Below, in pieces: positions 24,946 through 40,456 of a stretch of DNA of 64,000 nt; position 1 is the first letter of the stretch, and each line of letters starts with the position of its first letter. The DNA comes from Eledone cirrhosa. Taxonomy: Eukaryota. The notes below the pieces were generated by a model. That model had not been told where the DNA came from. It saw only the letters and a list, made by a program, of their open reading frames with translations, and did not search any database. Location of the stretch: contig OZ024759.1 of the NCBI GenBank assembly GCA_964016885.1, positions 28,582,001 through 28,646,000 on the forward strand, read 5' to 3'. A program made the position numbers and the translations under genes.

Positions 24946-25414
24946 CAGACAGACTAAAACTATACACACTAACATCAAAGCCTTGCACCTACTAGACACA
25001 CACAATCACACACACACTCACACACACAAACACACACACAATCACACACAGACACACACACACATACAAACACACACACACACATATTTACCAGAGATAT
25101 ACCCTCTGGTAAAATATCGTAGTCAGACTAAAGCTATAAATATTAATTATTAAATATTTAAATGTAGTAAACATTTCCTAATTCATTATGAAAGCGCTAA
25201 TTAAATGTTGAATGCAATTCAATATTTTAATTTGCTAATTAGACAAATATTTTGATGTTAAACATGCATAATCACCTGTACCTTGCAACCTCATTGTACA
25301 CACACACGTGTGTGTACGTGTGTGTGTATATATACATTTTCATGTGTGTGCATGTGTGTATATATATATATGTGTGTATATTTTCATGTGTGTCTGTATA
25401 TGTATGTGCATGAG

Positions 25415-25445
<31 letters not shown>

Positions 25446-25726
25446 CTGTGTGCATATATTTTCATGTGTATGTGTATATATATGAGTGTGCATGTGTATA
25501 TATATATATATGAGTGTGCTTGAGTATATATATATATATATGTGTGTGTGTGTATGTGTGAATATATTTTTGTGTGTGTGTAACGTGGGTGTATGTACTT
25601 ATGTGTATAAGTGTATGTATATGTATATAATGTGTGTGTGCATATATTTTTTTGTGTGTGTATAATGTGGGTGTATATACTTATGTGTATAAGTGTATAT
25701 ATATGTATATGTGTGTGCATATATTT

Positions 25727-25994
25727 TTGAGTGCTGGGTGCTTTTTTTTCCTTTACAGTGTGGGCTGGGTGCTTTTTTGCCGTGGCACCTCCATGACCAC
25801 TTTGCAGTGGAATGATAGGGACCCCAGTCTCAGCTGTAGAAATGAGATGATAGGGACCCCAGTCCTATCATCTCATTTCTACAGCTGAGTAAACTGGAGC
25901 AATGTGAAATAAAGTGTCTTGCTCAAGGAAACAACACATCACCCGGTCTGAGAATTGAACTCACAACCTTTCGATTACATGGCCATGTGCCTCC
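25727..25994 (-). mobile_element. CORE-like SINE, partial or rearranged
   Basis: Same body sequence. Confidence 0.8.
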
Positions 25995-26409
25995 ATATGT
26001 ATTTTATATGTATTTTACATATATATATGCATATATTATATATTATATATAGAGTTATAAACTCAAATAGTCTTTTACAATTAATTAGCTCAAAGAAGGG
26101 AATATTTCTGAGCCGTGTAATACAAATGAATATATGAATGGGATAAACACTGATATGAGTATACATGTGTTTGTAGTGCAAATGACCAAGTTAGCTAGAT
26201 TGAAAAATACTAATTAAAATAATACGGTTTGCCTGTCTCGATTTAAAATAATAAAATCAATAAAAACAAATCTATATTGGCAAATATGTATTTTATTTAA
26301 CTGGTTGGTAAACTAAAAGAGCGTGGTATAGTGAATACAATTGTTTCTCTAGATACAGGATGAGTTACCAGTTCTTCAGACAACCACCATTTGATGTTTG
26401 TTATTGTAT

Positions 26410-26915
26410 AATGGGTTCTAATTTAGGCACAATTGGCAGAATCATTAAGACATTGAATAGAATGCTTTACAATAGAATGCAGTCCAGTACTGGGATCAAT
26501 TCTTCCTCTATAGAAAAAAATCGGTTGCATCCAGCAATTTTTTGGGGGGTCAAGGGGAAAGTCGATTAAATCGACCAAGTGTGGGACTGGTACTTTATTT
26601 TATCGACCCCTATAAGGATAAAAGGTAAAGCTAACGTCAGTGGGTTTTGAACTCAGAATGGCAAGGGCCGTAACTCTATGCGCGTCAAAGCATGGCGTCC
26701 GGCCCTCTACCGATACTGCCAATCCAATAATAACTGTTTCTACTTTAGGCACAAGGCCAGCAATTATCTCAGTGCATTACTGGTACTTTATTTTATCGAC
26801 CTCTATAAGGATGAAAGGTAAAGCTAACCTCAGTGGGTTTTGAACTCAGAATGGCAAGGGCCGTAACTCTATGCTGCAGAGCAGGGTGTCCGATGCTCTA
26901 CCCATGCCGCCATTC
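26410..26915 (-). mobile_element. Two tandem Nin/Deu-like SINEs
   Basis: Reverse complement copies at about 26410-26724 and 26727-26915. Confidence 0.75.
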
Positions 26916-27249
26916 CAGTACCCTTGTTATTGTATAATGATGGTAGTCTGTGAGAGCAACAGCAGCAGAAATGGAGGAGGTTTAACAACATATGTGAGAG
27001 TGTGTGGGTATGTGTGTGTGTCTGAGTGTGTCTGAGTGTGTGTGAGTGTATGTATGTGCTAATGTGTGAGTGTGTTTTTATGTGTGCGAGTGTGTGTGCT
27101 TATGTGTGAGAGTGTGTGTGCTTATGTGTATGTTTATGTTATGTATGTGTGTGTTTATCTGTGTGTGTATGTGAGCTTAGTTGTTTTTATGTTTATGCAT
27201 GTATTTGTGTGTATGTGTTTATGTGTGAGTGTATGTGTATGTTTCTGTG

Positions 27250-30200
27250 TGTGTATGTGCATGTATATCTATGTGTGCATGTACTTGTGTGTTTATCTGT
27301 GTGTGTGTGTGCATGTATATCTATATGTGTGCATGTACTTGTGTGTGTATCTGTGTGTGTGCATGTATATCTATATGTGTGCATGTACTTGTGTGTTTAT
27401 CTGTGTGTGTGCATGTATATCTATATGTGTGCATGTACTTGTGTGTGTATCTGTGTGTGTGCATGTATATCTATATGTGTGCATGTACTTGTGTGTTTAT
27501 CTGTGTGTGTGTGTGCATGTATATCTATATGTGTGCATGTACTTGTGTGTTTATCTGTGTGTGTGTGTGCATGTATATCTATATGTGTGCATGTACTTGT
27601 GTGTTTATCTGTGTGTGTGTGTGCATGTATATCTATATGTGTGCATGTACTTGTGTGTGTATCTGTGTGTGTGTGTGCATGTATATCTATATGTGTGCAT
27701 GTACTTGTGTGTGTATCTGTGTGTGTGCATGTATATCTATATGTGTGCATGTACTTGTGTGTGTATCTGTGTGTGTGTGTGCATGTATATCTATATGTGT
27801 GCATGTACTTGTGTGTGTATCTGTGTGTGTGCATGTATATCTATATGTGTGCATGTACTTGTGTGTGTATCTGTGTGTGTGTGTGCATGTATATCTATAT
27901 GTGTGCATGTACTTGTGTGTTTATCTGTGTGTGTATGTGCATGTATATCTATATGTGTGCATGTACTTGTGTGTGTATCTGTGTGTGTGTGTGCATGTAT
28001 ATCTATATGTGTGCATGTACTTGTGTGTTTATCTGTGTGTGTATGTGCATGTATATCTATATGTGTGCATGTACTTGTGTGTTTATCTCTGTGTGTGTGC
28101 ATGTATATCTATATGTGTGCATGTACTTGTGTGTGTATCTGTGTGTGTGCATGTATATCTATATGTGTGCATGTACTTGTGTGTTTATCTGTGTGTGTAT
28201 GTGCATGTATATCTATATGTGTGCATGTACTTGTGTGTGTATCTGTGTGTGTGCATGTATATCTATATGTGTGCATGTACTTGTGTGTTTATCTGTGTGT
28301 GTGCATGTATATCTATATGTGTGCATGTACTTGTGTGTGTATCTGTGTATGTGCATGTATATCTATATGTGTGCATGTACTTGTGTGTGTATCTGTGTGT
28401 GTGCATGTATATCTATATGTGTGCATGTACTTGTGTGTGTATCTGTGTGTGTATGTGCATGTATATCTATATGTGTGCATGTACTTGTGTGTGTATCTGT
28501 GTGTGTGCATGTATATCTATATGTGTGAATGTACTTGTGTGTGTATCTGTGTGTGTATGTGCATGTATATCTATATGTGTGCATGTACTTGTGTGTGTAT
28601 CTGTGTGTGTATGTGCATGTATATCTATATGTGTGCATGTACTTGTGTGTGTATCTGTGTGTGTGTGTGCATGTATATCTATATGTGTGCATGTACTTGT
28701 GTGTGTATCTGTGTGTGTGCATGTATATCTATATGTGTGCATGTACTTGTGTGTGTATCTGTGTGTGTGTGTGCATGTATATCTATATGTGTGCATGTAC
28801 TTGTGTGTGTATCTGTGTGTGTGCATGTATATCTATATGTGTGCATGTACTTGTGTGTGTATCTGTGTGTGTGTGTGCATGTATATCTATATGTGTGCAT
28901 GTACTTGTGTGTGTATCTGTGTGTGTGTGTGCATGTATATCTATATGTGTGCATGTACTTGTGTGTTTATCTGTGTGTGTGTGCATGTATATCTATATGT
29001 GTGCATGTACTTGTGTGTGTATCTGTGTGTGTGTGTGCATGTATATCTATATGTGTGCATGTACTTGTGTGTTTATCTGTGTGTGTGTGTGCATGTATAT
29101 CTATATGTGTGCATGTACTTGTGTGTGTATCTGTGTGTGTGTGTGCATGTATATCTATATGTGTGCATGTACTTGTGTGTGTATCTGTGTGTGTGCATGT
29201 ATATCTATATGTGTGCATGTACTTGTGTGTTTATCTGTGTGTGTGTGTGCATGTATATCTATATGTGTGCATGTACTTGTGTGTGTATCTGTGTGTGTGT
29301 GTGCATGTATATCTATATGTGTGCATGTACTTGTGTGTGTATCTGTGTGTGTGTGTGCATGTATATCTATATGTGTGCATGTACTTGTGTGTTTATCTGT
29401 GTGTGTGTGTGCATGTATATCTATATGTGTGCATGTACTTGTGTGTTTATCTGTGTGTGTGTGTGCATGTATATCTATATGTGTGCATGTACTTGTGTGT
29501 GTATCTGTGTGTGTGTGTGCATGTATATCTATATGTGTGCATGTACTTGTGTGTGTATCTGTGTGTGTGTGTGCATGTATATCTATATGTGTGCATGTAC
29601 TTGTGTGTGTATCTGTGTGTGTGCATGTATATCTATATGTGTGCATGTACTTGTGTGTGTATCTGTGTGTGTGCATGTATATCTATATGTGTGCATGTAC
29701 TTGTGTGTGTATCTGTGTGTGTGTGTGCATGTATATCTATATGTGTGCATGTACTTGTGTGTGTATCTGTGTGTGTGTGTGCATGTATATCTATATGTGT
29801 GCATGTACTTGTGTGTGTATCTGTGTGTGTGCATGTATATCTATATGTGTGCATGTACTTGTGTGTGTATCTGTGTGTGTGCATGTATATCTATATGTGT
29901 GCATGTACTTGTGTGTGTATCTGTGTGTGTGTGTGCATGTATATCTATATGTGTGCATGTACTTGTGTGTGTATCTGTGTGTGTGCATGTATATCTATAT
30001 GTGTGCATGTACTTGTGTGTGTATCTGTGTGTGTGCATGTATATCTATATGTGTGCATGTACTTGTGTGTGTATCTGTGTGTGTATGTGCATGTATATCT
30101 ATATGTGTGCATGTACTTGTGTGTGTATCTGTGTGTGTGCATGTATATCTATATGTGTGCATGTACTTGTGTGTGTATCTGTGTGTGTGCATGTATATCT

Positions 30201-31430
30201 ATATGTGTGCATGTACTTGTGTGTGTATCTGTGTGTGTATGTGCATGTATATCTATATGTGTGCATGTACTTGTGTGTGTATCTGTGTGTGTGCATGTAT
30301 ATCTATATGTGTGCATGTACTTGTGTGTGTATCTGTGTGTGTGCATGTATATCTATATGTGTGCATGTACTTGTGTGTGTATCTGTGTGTGTGTGTGCAT
30401 GTATATCTATATGTGTGCATGTACTTGTGTGTGTATCTGTGTGTGTGCATGTATATCTATATGTGTGCATGTACTTGTGTGTGTATCTGTGTGTGTGCAT
30501 GTATATCTATATGTGTGCATGTACTTGTGTGTGTATCTGTGTGTGTATGTGCATGTATATCTATATGTGTGCATGTACTTGTGTGTGTATCTGTGTGTGT
30601 GCATGTATATCTATATGTGTGCATGTACTTGTGTGTGTATCTGTGTGTGTGCATGTATATCTATATGTGTGCATGTACTTGTGTGTGTATCTGTGTGTGT
30701 GTGTGCATGTATATCTATATGTGTGCATGTACTTGTGTGTGTATCTGTGTGTGTGCATGTATATCTATATGTGTGCATGTACTTGTGTGTGTATCTGTGT
30801 GTGTGCATGTATATCTATATGTGTGCATGTACTTGTGTGTGTATCTGTGTGTGTATGTGCATGTATATCTATATGTGTGCATGTACTTGTGTGTGTATCT
30901 GTGTGTGTGTGTGCATGTATATCTATATGTGTGCATGTACTTGTGTGTGTATCTGTGTGTGTGCATGTATATCTATATGTGTGCATGTACTTGTGTGTTT
31001 ATCTGTGTGTGTGTGTGCATGTATATCTATATGTGTGCATGTACTTGTGTGTGTATCTGTGTGTGTGCATGTATATCTATATGTGTGCATGTACTTGTGT
31101 GTGTATCTGTGTGTGTGCATGTATATCTATATGTGTGCATGTACTTGTGTGTGTATCTGTGTGTGTGTGCATGTATATCTATATGTGTGCATGTACTTGT
31201 GTGTGTATCTGTGTATGTGCATGTATATCTATATGTGTGCATGTACTTGTGTGTGTATCTGTGTGTGTATGTGCATGTATATCTATATGTGTGCATGTAC
31301 TTGTGTGTGTATCTGTGTGTGTGCATGTATATCTATATGTGTGCATGTACTTGTGTGTGTATCTGTGTGTGTATGTGCATGTATATCTATATGTGTGCAT
31401 GTACTTGTGTGTGTATCTGTGTGTGTGCAT
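27250..31430. repeat. 4.2-kb 50/54-bp minisatellite
   Basis: GTGCATGTATATCTATATGTGTGCATGTACTTGTGTGTGTATCT(GT)n units. Confidence 0.97.
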
Positions 31431-31544
31431 ATAAATTCTCTACATTGGTAAAATCAGGAAGGTGTCCAGAAGGGAAAGAAATCTTCATTAGTTATAAACC
31501 CTTAATTTGTAGAAAGAGAGGGGGGGGGGGGAGATTATGAGACG

Positions 31545-31553
31545 ACATACAGT

Positions 31554-31588
<35 letters not shown>

Positions 31589-32591
31589 GCTGACATACAG
31601 ACAGACAAACAGACAGACAGGCAGAGAGACAGACAGAGAGATAGACAGACATACAGACAAACAGACGGACAACATACAGTCAGACAGACAGGCAGAGACA
31701 TGCAGACAGGCAGGCAGGCAGACGGACATACACACGGACAGACATATGGTCAGACAGACAGTCAGACAGACAGACAGTCAGTCAGTCAGACAGACAGAGT
31801 CAGTCAGTCAGACAGACAGTCAGTCAGCCAGTCAGTCAGTCAGACAGACAGTCAGACAGACAGACAGTCAGGCAGACAGTCAGTCAGACAGACAGACAGA
31901 CAGACAGACAGTCAGTCAGACAGACAGACAGTCAGTCAGACAGACAGACAGTCAGTCAGTCAGACAGTCAGACAGACATGAAACACGAGTTCATTTAGCT
32001 AATCCTTCATCATTTTCAATTTGGAAGGTGATGGATGATGATAAAGTGGGTGGAGGGAGTGTGGGGGTGGGTGGAGGGAGTGTGGGGGTGGGTGGAGGGA
32101 GTGTGGGGGGTGGAGTGTCAGGTTGAGGTGTAACTCCTAACATGACCTTCCAAATGATTTTATAGTGATAATGATAACGATGATAATGATGGTGATGATG
32201 GTGATGGTGATGATGGTGATGATGATGGTGATGGTGGTGGTGATGATGGAGGTGATGGTGGTGGTGATGGTGATGATGGTGATGATGATGGTGATGGTGG
32301 TGATGATGATGATGGTGGTGATGGTGATGGTGGTGGTGATGATGGTGATGGTGGTGGTGATGATGATGATGGTGGTGATGGTGATGGTGGTGGTGATGAT
32401 GGTGATGGTGGTGATGATGGTGATGATGATGATGATGATGATGGTGGTGATGGTGATGATGGTGGTGGTGGTGATGATGGAGGTGATGGTGGTGATGGTG
32501 ATGATGATGGTGGTGGTGATGGTGATGGTGGTGGTGATGATGGTGATGATGGTGGTGATGATGGAGGTGGTGGTGATGGTGGTAGTGATGA

Positions 32592-32622
<31 letters not shown>

Positions 32623-32630
32623 AGTGATGA

Positions 32631-32661
<31 letters not shown>

Positions 32662-32700
32662 AGTGATGATGATGGTGATGATGGTGATGATGATGATGGG
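31545..32700. repeat. (CAGA/CAGT)n followed by (GAT/GGT)n microsatellites
   Basis: Directly visible. Confidence 0.95.
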
Positions 32701-33070
32701 ATCAGGGGAGGGATAGTTTCTTTGATTTTTTCTTAAATTCTTCTGATGATGGAGTAGAGAAAATTATTTACTTAATGAATCCTCAAATTATTTACTGTAG
32801 GCATATATATATATACATACATATATATACATATGTATACCTACATATACACATATATATATACCTACATATACACATATATATACATACCTACATATAC
32901 ACACACATATATATATACCTACATATATACACACACACACACATATATACCTACATATATATACACACACACATATATACCTACATATATATACACACAC
33001 ACATATATATACCTACATATATATACACACACACATATATATACCTACATATACACACACACACACATAC

Positions 33071-33114
<44 letters not shown>

Positions 33115-33204
33115 CTACAGATTTTCAAATCCAATTTGATGAAAACATAACTCTCCAGTCCAACATTATGAAAGAATTTGACTCCTTTCATTATCTAATA
33201 TTTC

Positions 33205-34590
33205 ACTACTACCTCCACCACCACTACTATACCACACTTCTACCTCCACCACCACTACTATACCACACTTCTACCTCCACCACCACTACTATACCACACT
33301 ACTACCTCCACCACCACTACTATACCACACTACTACCTCCACCACCACTACTATACCACACTTCTACCTCCACCACCACTACTATACCACACTTCTACCT
33401 CCACCACCACTACTATACCACACTTCTACCTCCACCACTACTACTATACCACACTACTACCTCCACCACCACTACTATACCACACTTCTACCTCCACCAC
33501 CACTACTATACCACACTTCTACCTCCACCACCACTACTATACCACACTTCTACCTCCACCACTACTACTATACCACACTACTACCTCCACCACCACTACT
33601 ATACCACACTACTACCTCCACCACCACTACTATACCACACTACTACCTCCACCACCACTACTATACCACACTACTACCTCCACCACCACTACTATACCAC
33701 ACTTCTACCTCCACCACCACTACTATACCACACTTCTACCTCCACCACCACTACTATACCACACTACTACCTCCACCACCACTACTATACCACACTTCTA
33801 CCTCCACCACCACTACTATACCACACTTCTACCTCCACCACCACTACTATACCACACTTCTACCTCCACCACCACTACTATACCACACTTCTACCTCCAC
33901 CACCACTACTATACCACACTTCTACCTCCACCACCACTACTATACCACACTTCTACCTCCACCACCACTACTATACCACACTACTACCTCCACCACCACT
34001 ACTATACCACACTTCTACCTCCACCACCACTACTATACCACACTTCTACCTCCACTACCATCACCACCATCACCAACAACACCATCACCACCACTGACAC
34101 CACCACCATCACCACCATCACCAACACCATCACCAGCATCACCACCACCATCACCACCACCACCATCACCAACAACACCATCACCACCATCGACACCACC
34201 ACCACTGACACCACCACCAACAACACCATCACCACCAACACCCTCAACACCATCACCAACGACACCACCACTGACACCACCACCATCACCAACACCACCA
34301 TCACCACCACTGACACCACCACCATCAACACCATCATCAGCAACAACACCATCACCACCAACACCACCACCACTGACACCACCACCATCAACACCATCAT
34401 CACCAACAACACCATCACCACCATCACCAACACCACCATCACTGACACCACCACCATCAACACCACCATCACCAACAACACCATCACCACCAACACCCTC
34501 AACACCATCACCAACAACACCACCACTGACACCACCACCATCACCATCACCAACAACACCATCACCACCACTGACACCACCACCATCACC
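33205..34590. repeat. 31-bp minisatellite followed by a CAC/CAA low-complexity tract
   Basis: CTACCTCCACCACCACTACTATACCACACTT units to about 34040. Confidence 0.95.
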
Positions 34591-35223
34591 ACTAACAGAT
34601 ATGTTCCTTTCTTGAGGGCTGTATTTTAATATTGCAAGTAGGGTCTTTTCTACAGAGATGTGTTTTAACATTCATCCTTTATCGAGAGATGACTTTTAGC
34701 TTCCAAATAGGGCCCTTTCTCAAGAGATCTTTTAACATTGCAAATAGGGTCTTTCTTGAAAGTTGTGTTGTAACATTGAAAACAAGCTCCCTTCACAAGA
34801 GATGTTTTAACACAGCAAATAGGGCAATTCTACAAGAGATGATTTTTTGAAAATTGTACATAGGGTCCCTCTCTAAGAAGGGATTCTTTTTGACATATCA
34901 GACCAGGGTCCTTCTTGGAAAACACATTTCAAATAAGTACCTTGATCAGAAATCCAATAGCAACCCCATCATCACCAGCATCACCACCATAAACCCTCCA
35001 AATTCATGACATACCAAACCTATCATATGTTATCAATATTATTAAACATAATACCCCTCCCCACCTCCACCCCACCTTCTCTAGTTGATTAAATAAGTAA
35101 ATGTCAGAGGTATGTTGTTAATAAGATTGTAATTTTCCACACTATTAACTTCTTATAGAGTGTTGTTTTACATAATATATTTATATACTCCCCCACGCAC
35201 ACTCTCTCACCCTCTCTCTCTCT

Positions 35224-35268
<45 letters not shown>

Positions 35269-35276
35269 TGTCTGTT

Positions 35277-35322
<46 letters not shown>

Positions 35323-35330
35323 TGTCTGTT

Positions 35331-35396
<66 letters not shown>

Positions 35397-35401
35397 TGTC
35401 T

Positions 35402-35440
<39 letters not shown>

Positions 35441-35444
35441 TGTC

Positions 35445-35494
<50 letters not shown>

Positions 35495-36110
35495 TACACA
35501 AACCATACTAAATCCTCTCTCGAGTGTATATTTACAATATATATATATATATACAGTCAGTAGGCACCTCTTACAAAAATACACCCCCGTCCCACTACCC
35601 CCACCCCATCCACACCACCCCTTTCGATGTAAAGTTATGTTGGTACCACAACAAAAAAAAACACAGTCCACGCTGTAATGTGGCCGTGTAGGTAACACGG
35701 TAAAAACCTCCCAGTCCACACTGTAAATGTGGTTGGTGTTAGGAAGGGCATCCAGCCGTAGAAAACCCGCCAGACAATCCTATACGAGCAAGACAACCAA
35801 TCTTGCCTCAAGTGGCAAAACTCCCGTCTAACCCATGCAAGCGTGGAAGATGGACGTTAAACGATGATGATGATGATACATATATATACAGAGAAAGGTA
35901 GATAAATTATTTATCATAATCATCACCATCCCTGTTTAACATCGTCTCACCCATGCTAGCGTGGATAAATGGATGTTAAACAGAGATGATGATGATGGTA
36001 CTACACTAATTCCTCTTTCAAGTGTATATTTAAAATGAAATATATAGTGAGCGTGTTTTATAATTATTTCTGGCAATATTATAACAATATGACACTCCCC
36101 AAATATAACA

Positions 36111-36190
<80 letters not shown>

Positions 36191-36195
<5 letters not shown>

Positions 36196-36535
36196 CACAT
36201 GGCTTAGTGGTTAGAGCATTGGCCTTGCAATCGAAAGGTTGTGAGTTCAATTCTCAGTTCGGGTGATGTGTTGTTTCCTTGAGCAAGTCACTTTATTTCA
36301 TATTGCTCCAGTTTACTCAGCTGTAGAAATGAGATGATAGGGACTTGGGTCCCTATCATTCCACTGCAAAGTGGTCGTGGAGGTGCCACGGCAAAAAAAC
36401 CACCCACCACTCACTGTAAATGAGGTTGGTGTTAAGAAGGGCATCCAGCTGTAGAAATCAAGCCAGAATCAGTTCCCGTCCCACCCTTGCAAGCAGGGAA
36501 AAGCGGACGTAAAATGATGATGATAATGATGATGA

Positions 36536-36538
<3 letters not shown>
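36191..36538 (+). mobile_element. CORE-like SINE, full length, LINE-type tail
   Basis: Homologous to 10791. Confidence 0.85.
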
Positions 36539-36577
<39 letters not shown>

Positions 36578-36727
36578 ATATTTGGGGAGGGTCATATTGT
36601 TGTAATATTGCCAGAAATAATTATAAAACACACTCACTGTTTGGTTTTGGTTGGTTTTCGCTTCCATATATTTTATATCCTTATAGTTAATTTGGCTGGC
36701 AATCAATGTTTATTATTATATATACAT

Positions 36728-37170
36728 ATACTAGCAGAGGTACCCAGCGTTGCTCGGGTATATTAAATAGCAGTTGTGTATACCATTTATGTCAATACTT
36801 CAGTGCTGCTTCGAAAAGTATACTTTTACAAAATCATCAGCTTTTTCCAAAAGGGGGTTCCTGCCCCCAGGGGTCCCCTACCCAATATGTGCCAATTCTG
36901 AGAGTTAACATTCATCTGTAGGACAAACGTAGCCCATGTGTCAAGTTTTGTGAAAATCGGTTGCGAACTCCAGAAGTTTTGACGTTTTGTTGCATTGCAC
37001 TGCAGTGCTTCAGTCGACTCCAAGGAAGTGGTTAAAGGGGTTATCTGCCGGGGGGGCCCTATAATCAATATCTGGAAAAATGACAGTGCCCATGACCATC
37101 CGGAGTAAATAAGTAACCTATGTCTTAAGTTTGGTGAAAATACTGTAGAAATGCATAAGGTTTATACATA
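36728..37170. mobile_element. Possible Helitron/Helentron-associated non-autonomous element
   Basis: Starts ACTAGCAGAGGTACCCAGCGTTGCTCGGG (subterminal hairpin); internal repeated AAGTTTTGTGAAAATCGG / AAGTTTGGTGAAAAT. Confidence 0.45.
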
Positions 37171-37349
37171 CGCACGTGCGTTCGTGTGTGTGTGTGTGTA
37201 TGTGTGTGTGGGTGTGTATCTATTTGTGTGTGCGTATGTATGTGTATGTCCTTTTAGTTAATTTGGCTGGTAATCAATGTTTATCATTATATGTATATAT
37301 ATAGATGGAGAGAGAGAGAGAGAGAGAGTTACAACAGTAACATATACTG

Positions 37350-37585
37350 GTACTCAAGTTTCGTTGGATTATGCACCCCAATTCATTCAGCCTGTTATAA
37401 AATCAAAGATGTCCTCCGATGGCTGAATCTGGTTTCTTTTCTGAAGATTATTTGAAAGTTCAAACAAAGACAGGCAATTTTGAAACTAGTTATAAATAGC
37501 TATAAGCAAAAACCACCGGAGGACATCTTTGTTTTATAACAAGCTGAGTGTGTTGGGGTGTATAACCCAACAAAGCCTAAGTCTC
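37350..37585. mobile_element. Older fold-back element with a decayed hammerhead in its loop
   Basis: Imperfect arms about 37363-37422 / 37513-37571; loop has CTGAAGA (37441) and GAAAC TAGTTAT-AA-ATAGCTA (37482). Confidence 0.5.
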
Positions 37586-38456
37586 TATATATATCACTGA
37601 TGTAAATCGTGCTATGGACTGAGTGCTCTTACACTTGGATATTTCTACCAAACTTTTACTACAGAAAAATCTATTGATCTACAGTAAGATCTATTGATCT
37701 TTAATACTTGGCGATTGTTTCTAATTACAGTAGAGCTTCCATATAGCCAACTGATTAACTATATTGACTTAACATATCTTGGAACTACCATTGTTTTTAA
37801 ACAGCAATAACATTTAGCTATTTACTGTCTTACTACAACAACAACCATAACTTAGCAACATTCAGCTATTTACGCATCTTGTACAGCAACAACAACACCT
37901 ACAACAACCATAAAAACAACAGCAGCTACACCACCGCCACCTCCCACCACCACCACCACCACCAACAACAACAACAGCTACACCACCAACAACAACACCA
38001 CCACCACCAACAACAATAACAACAACAACAGCTCCACCACCAACAACAATAACACCACCACCACCAACAACAACAACAGCTACACCACCATCACCACCAA
38101 CAACAATAACAACAGCTACACCACCAACAACAACTACACCTCCATCACCAGCAACAACAACAGCTACACCAACAACAACACACCGCCACCAACAACAACT
38201 ACACCACCATCACTACCAACAACAACAATAACAACAACAGCTCCACCACCAACAACAACAACACCACCACCACCACCACCACCAACTACACCACCATCAC
38301 CACCAACAACAACAACAACAACAACACCACCACCATCACCACCACTGACAACAACATAGTTCACCATTTACCATTGTTAGATGAAACATTGTCACTCTAT
38401 CTCCTCCACCACCTCTCCCTTACATATATATCATTGTTTTGGATTTATACTGTATA

Positions 38457-38528
<72 letters not shown>

Positions 38529-38612
38529 ATATAAACACAGAGAAGGAGGGGGTTGTAAACAGAACTTCATGGTTTTTTTCTTATATATATAGAGAGAAAT
38601 AGATAGAAGTGA

Positions 38613-38647
<35 letters not shown>

Positions 38648-38748
38648 CATATGTGTGTGTGTGTGTGCATGAGTGTATGTATATATATATAAATATCAGG
38701 GAAAACGAACGTTAAATAATATATATGTTTTATATATCTATCTTATGT

Positions 38749-38826
<78 letters not shown>

Positions 38827-38884
38827 TATATATATATTTATATATATATATATATATACTTATATATTTATATATATATTTTTT

Positions 38885-38916
<32 letters not shown>

Positions 38917-39168
38917 CATATGTAAGAGCTATATATATATTCTCCATACAGACATCATAATAACATATGGGTGTGTGCATAAGTATGTTTGTTTGTCTAC
39001 CTAAATTAACTTTACAACACCATTTTACTGATGTCAGCATGGGAGAAGAGAGGCTCTGAAATGATGAGGATATTACGTAATTCAGTAACACACATACACA
39101 CACACTCACATATATATATATATATATACATACACATACCCACATATATATACATACAATATACACAT

Positions 39169-39207
<39 letters not shown>

Positions 39208-39208
39208 C

Positions 39209-39265
<57 letters not shown>

Positions 39266-39957
39266 TATATATATACATATATATATATATACACACACAC
39301 ATATATATACATATATATATATATACACACACACACACATATATATACATATATATATACACACACACATATATATACATATATATATACACACACACAC
39401 ACATATATATATACACACACACACATATATATACATATATAAATATACACACACACACACACACATATATATACATATATATATATACATATACACACAT
39501 ATATATATACATATATATATATATATACACATACACACATATATACATATAAACACACACACATATATATATATACAATATATAGATATACACACACATA
39601 GATACATATATACACACACACATACATACATACAAATTTATATATTGATACATATATATATGCGTATATATATGTGTATATGTATGTATTTACAGAAAAC
39701 AACACAGAAAAACAGTTACATAAGACAAACAGGCTCCTCAGCCACATTGCCGGTGTGCAATTTTGTGCATTAATATGGTATCAAACTTGTAATGTCAACT
39801 GAACTGATGTTAAGATGCATGTGAAATGGTAAATAAACAAAGAATGGAGAGGAGGATTTACAGGTGTCTTTTGGTAAAAACAGAGAGCAATACATAGAAT
39901 TATTACAACTAGAAATAAATAAACTTAGCCAACGTGTGTCTGTGTGTCTGTGTGTGT

Positions 39958-40188
39958 GTTGAACAATGAAAACAAAAAGTGAGGTTTAGTGTTTAATCTG
40001 TCTTCATCAGATTGTTTCTGATGAAGACAGTGGGATAGATCTATAGTATTGAGACTAATAATATAGAGTTACATACTATTGATTAGTCACTATATTGATT
40101 TATTATGAACAATCAATCTTCTGAAATGATCGTATATCAAGGAACAGATTAAACACTAATCTTTTCCTTTTGTTTTTATAGTTCAACT
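39958..40188. mobile_element. Older fold-back element with a decayed hammerhead
   Basis: Imperfect outer inverted repeat; inner CTGTCTTCATCAGA/TCTGATGAAGACAG; CTGATGA at 40018; GAAA-TGATCG-TA at 40123-40134. Confidence 0.5.
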
Positions 40189-40395
40189 TATATATATATA
40201 TATATCATCAACATCGTTTAACGCCTATCTTCCATGCTAGCATAGATTTTCCGTTGGATTAGCAGTTCTAGATGTTCTCACCAGCATATTAATGAAACAT
40301 GTGTTAGTTACATAATAGCTATTAATCCTTCAATTGCAAAATCGTGTATTCATGTGAATTATAAATCACTCTCTCTCTGTGTATATGAATGTATG

Positions 40396-40456
<61 letters not shown>

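Noticed and set aside
27066-31540. 1000-1461 aa ORFs rich in C/V/Y/M
   Set aside because: Translation of a stop-free 50/54-bp minisatellite, open in several frames; not a protein.
34630-34930. Apparently unique sequence with a short ORF
   Set aside because: It is an old degenerate ~38-bp tandem repeat (AAATAGGG...CAAGAGAT...TAACA).
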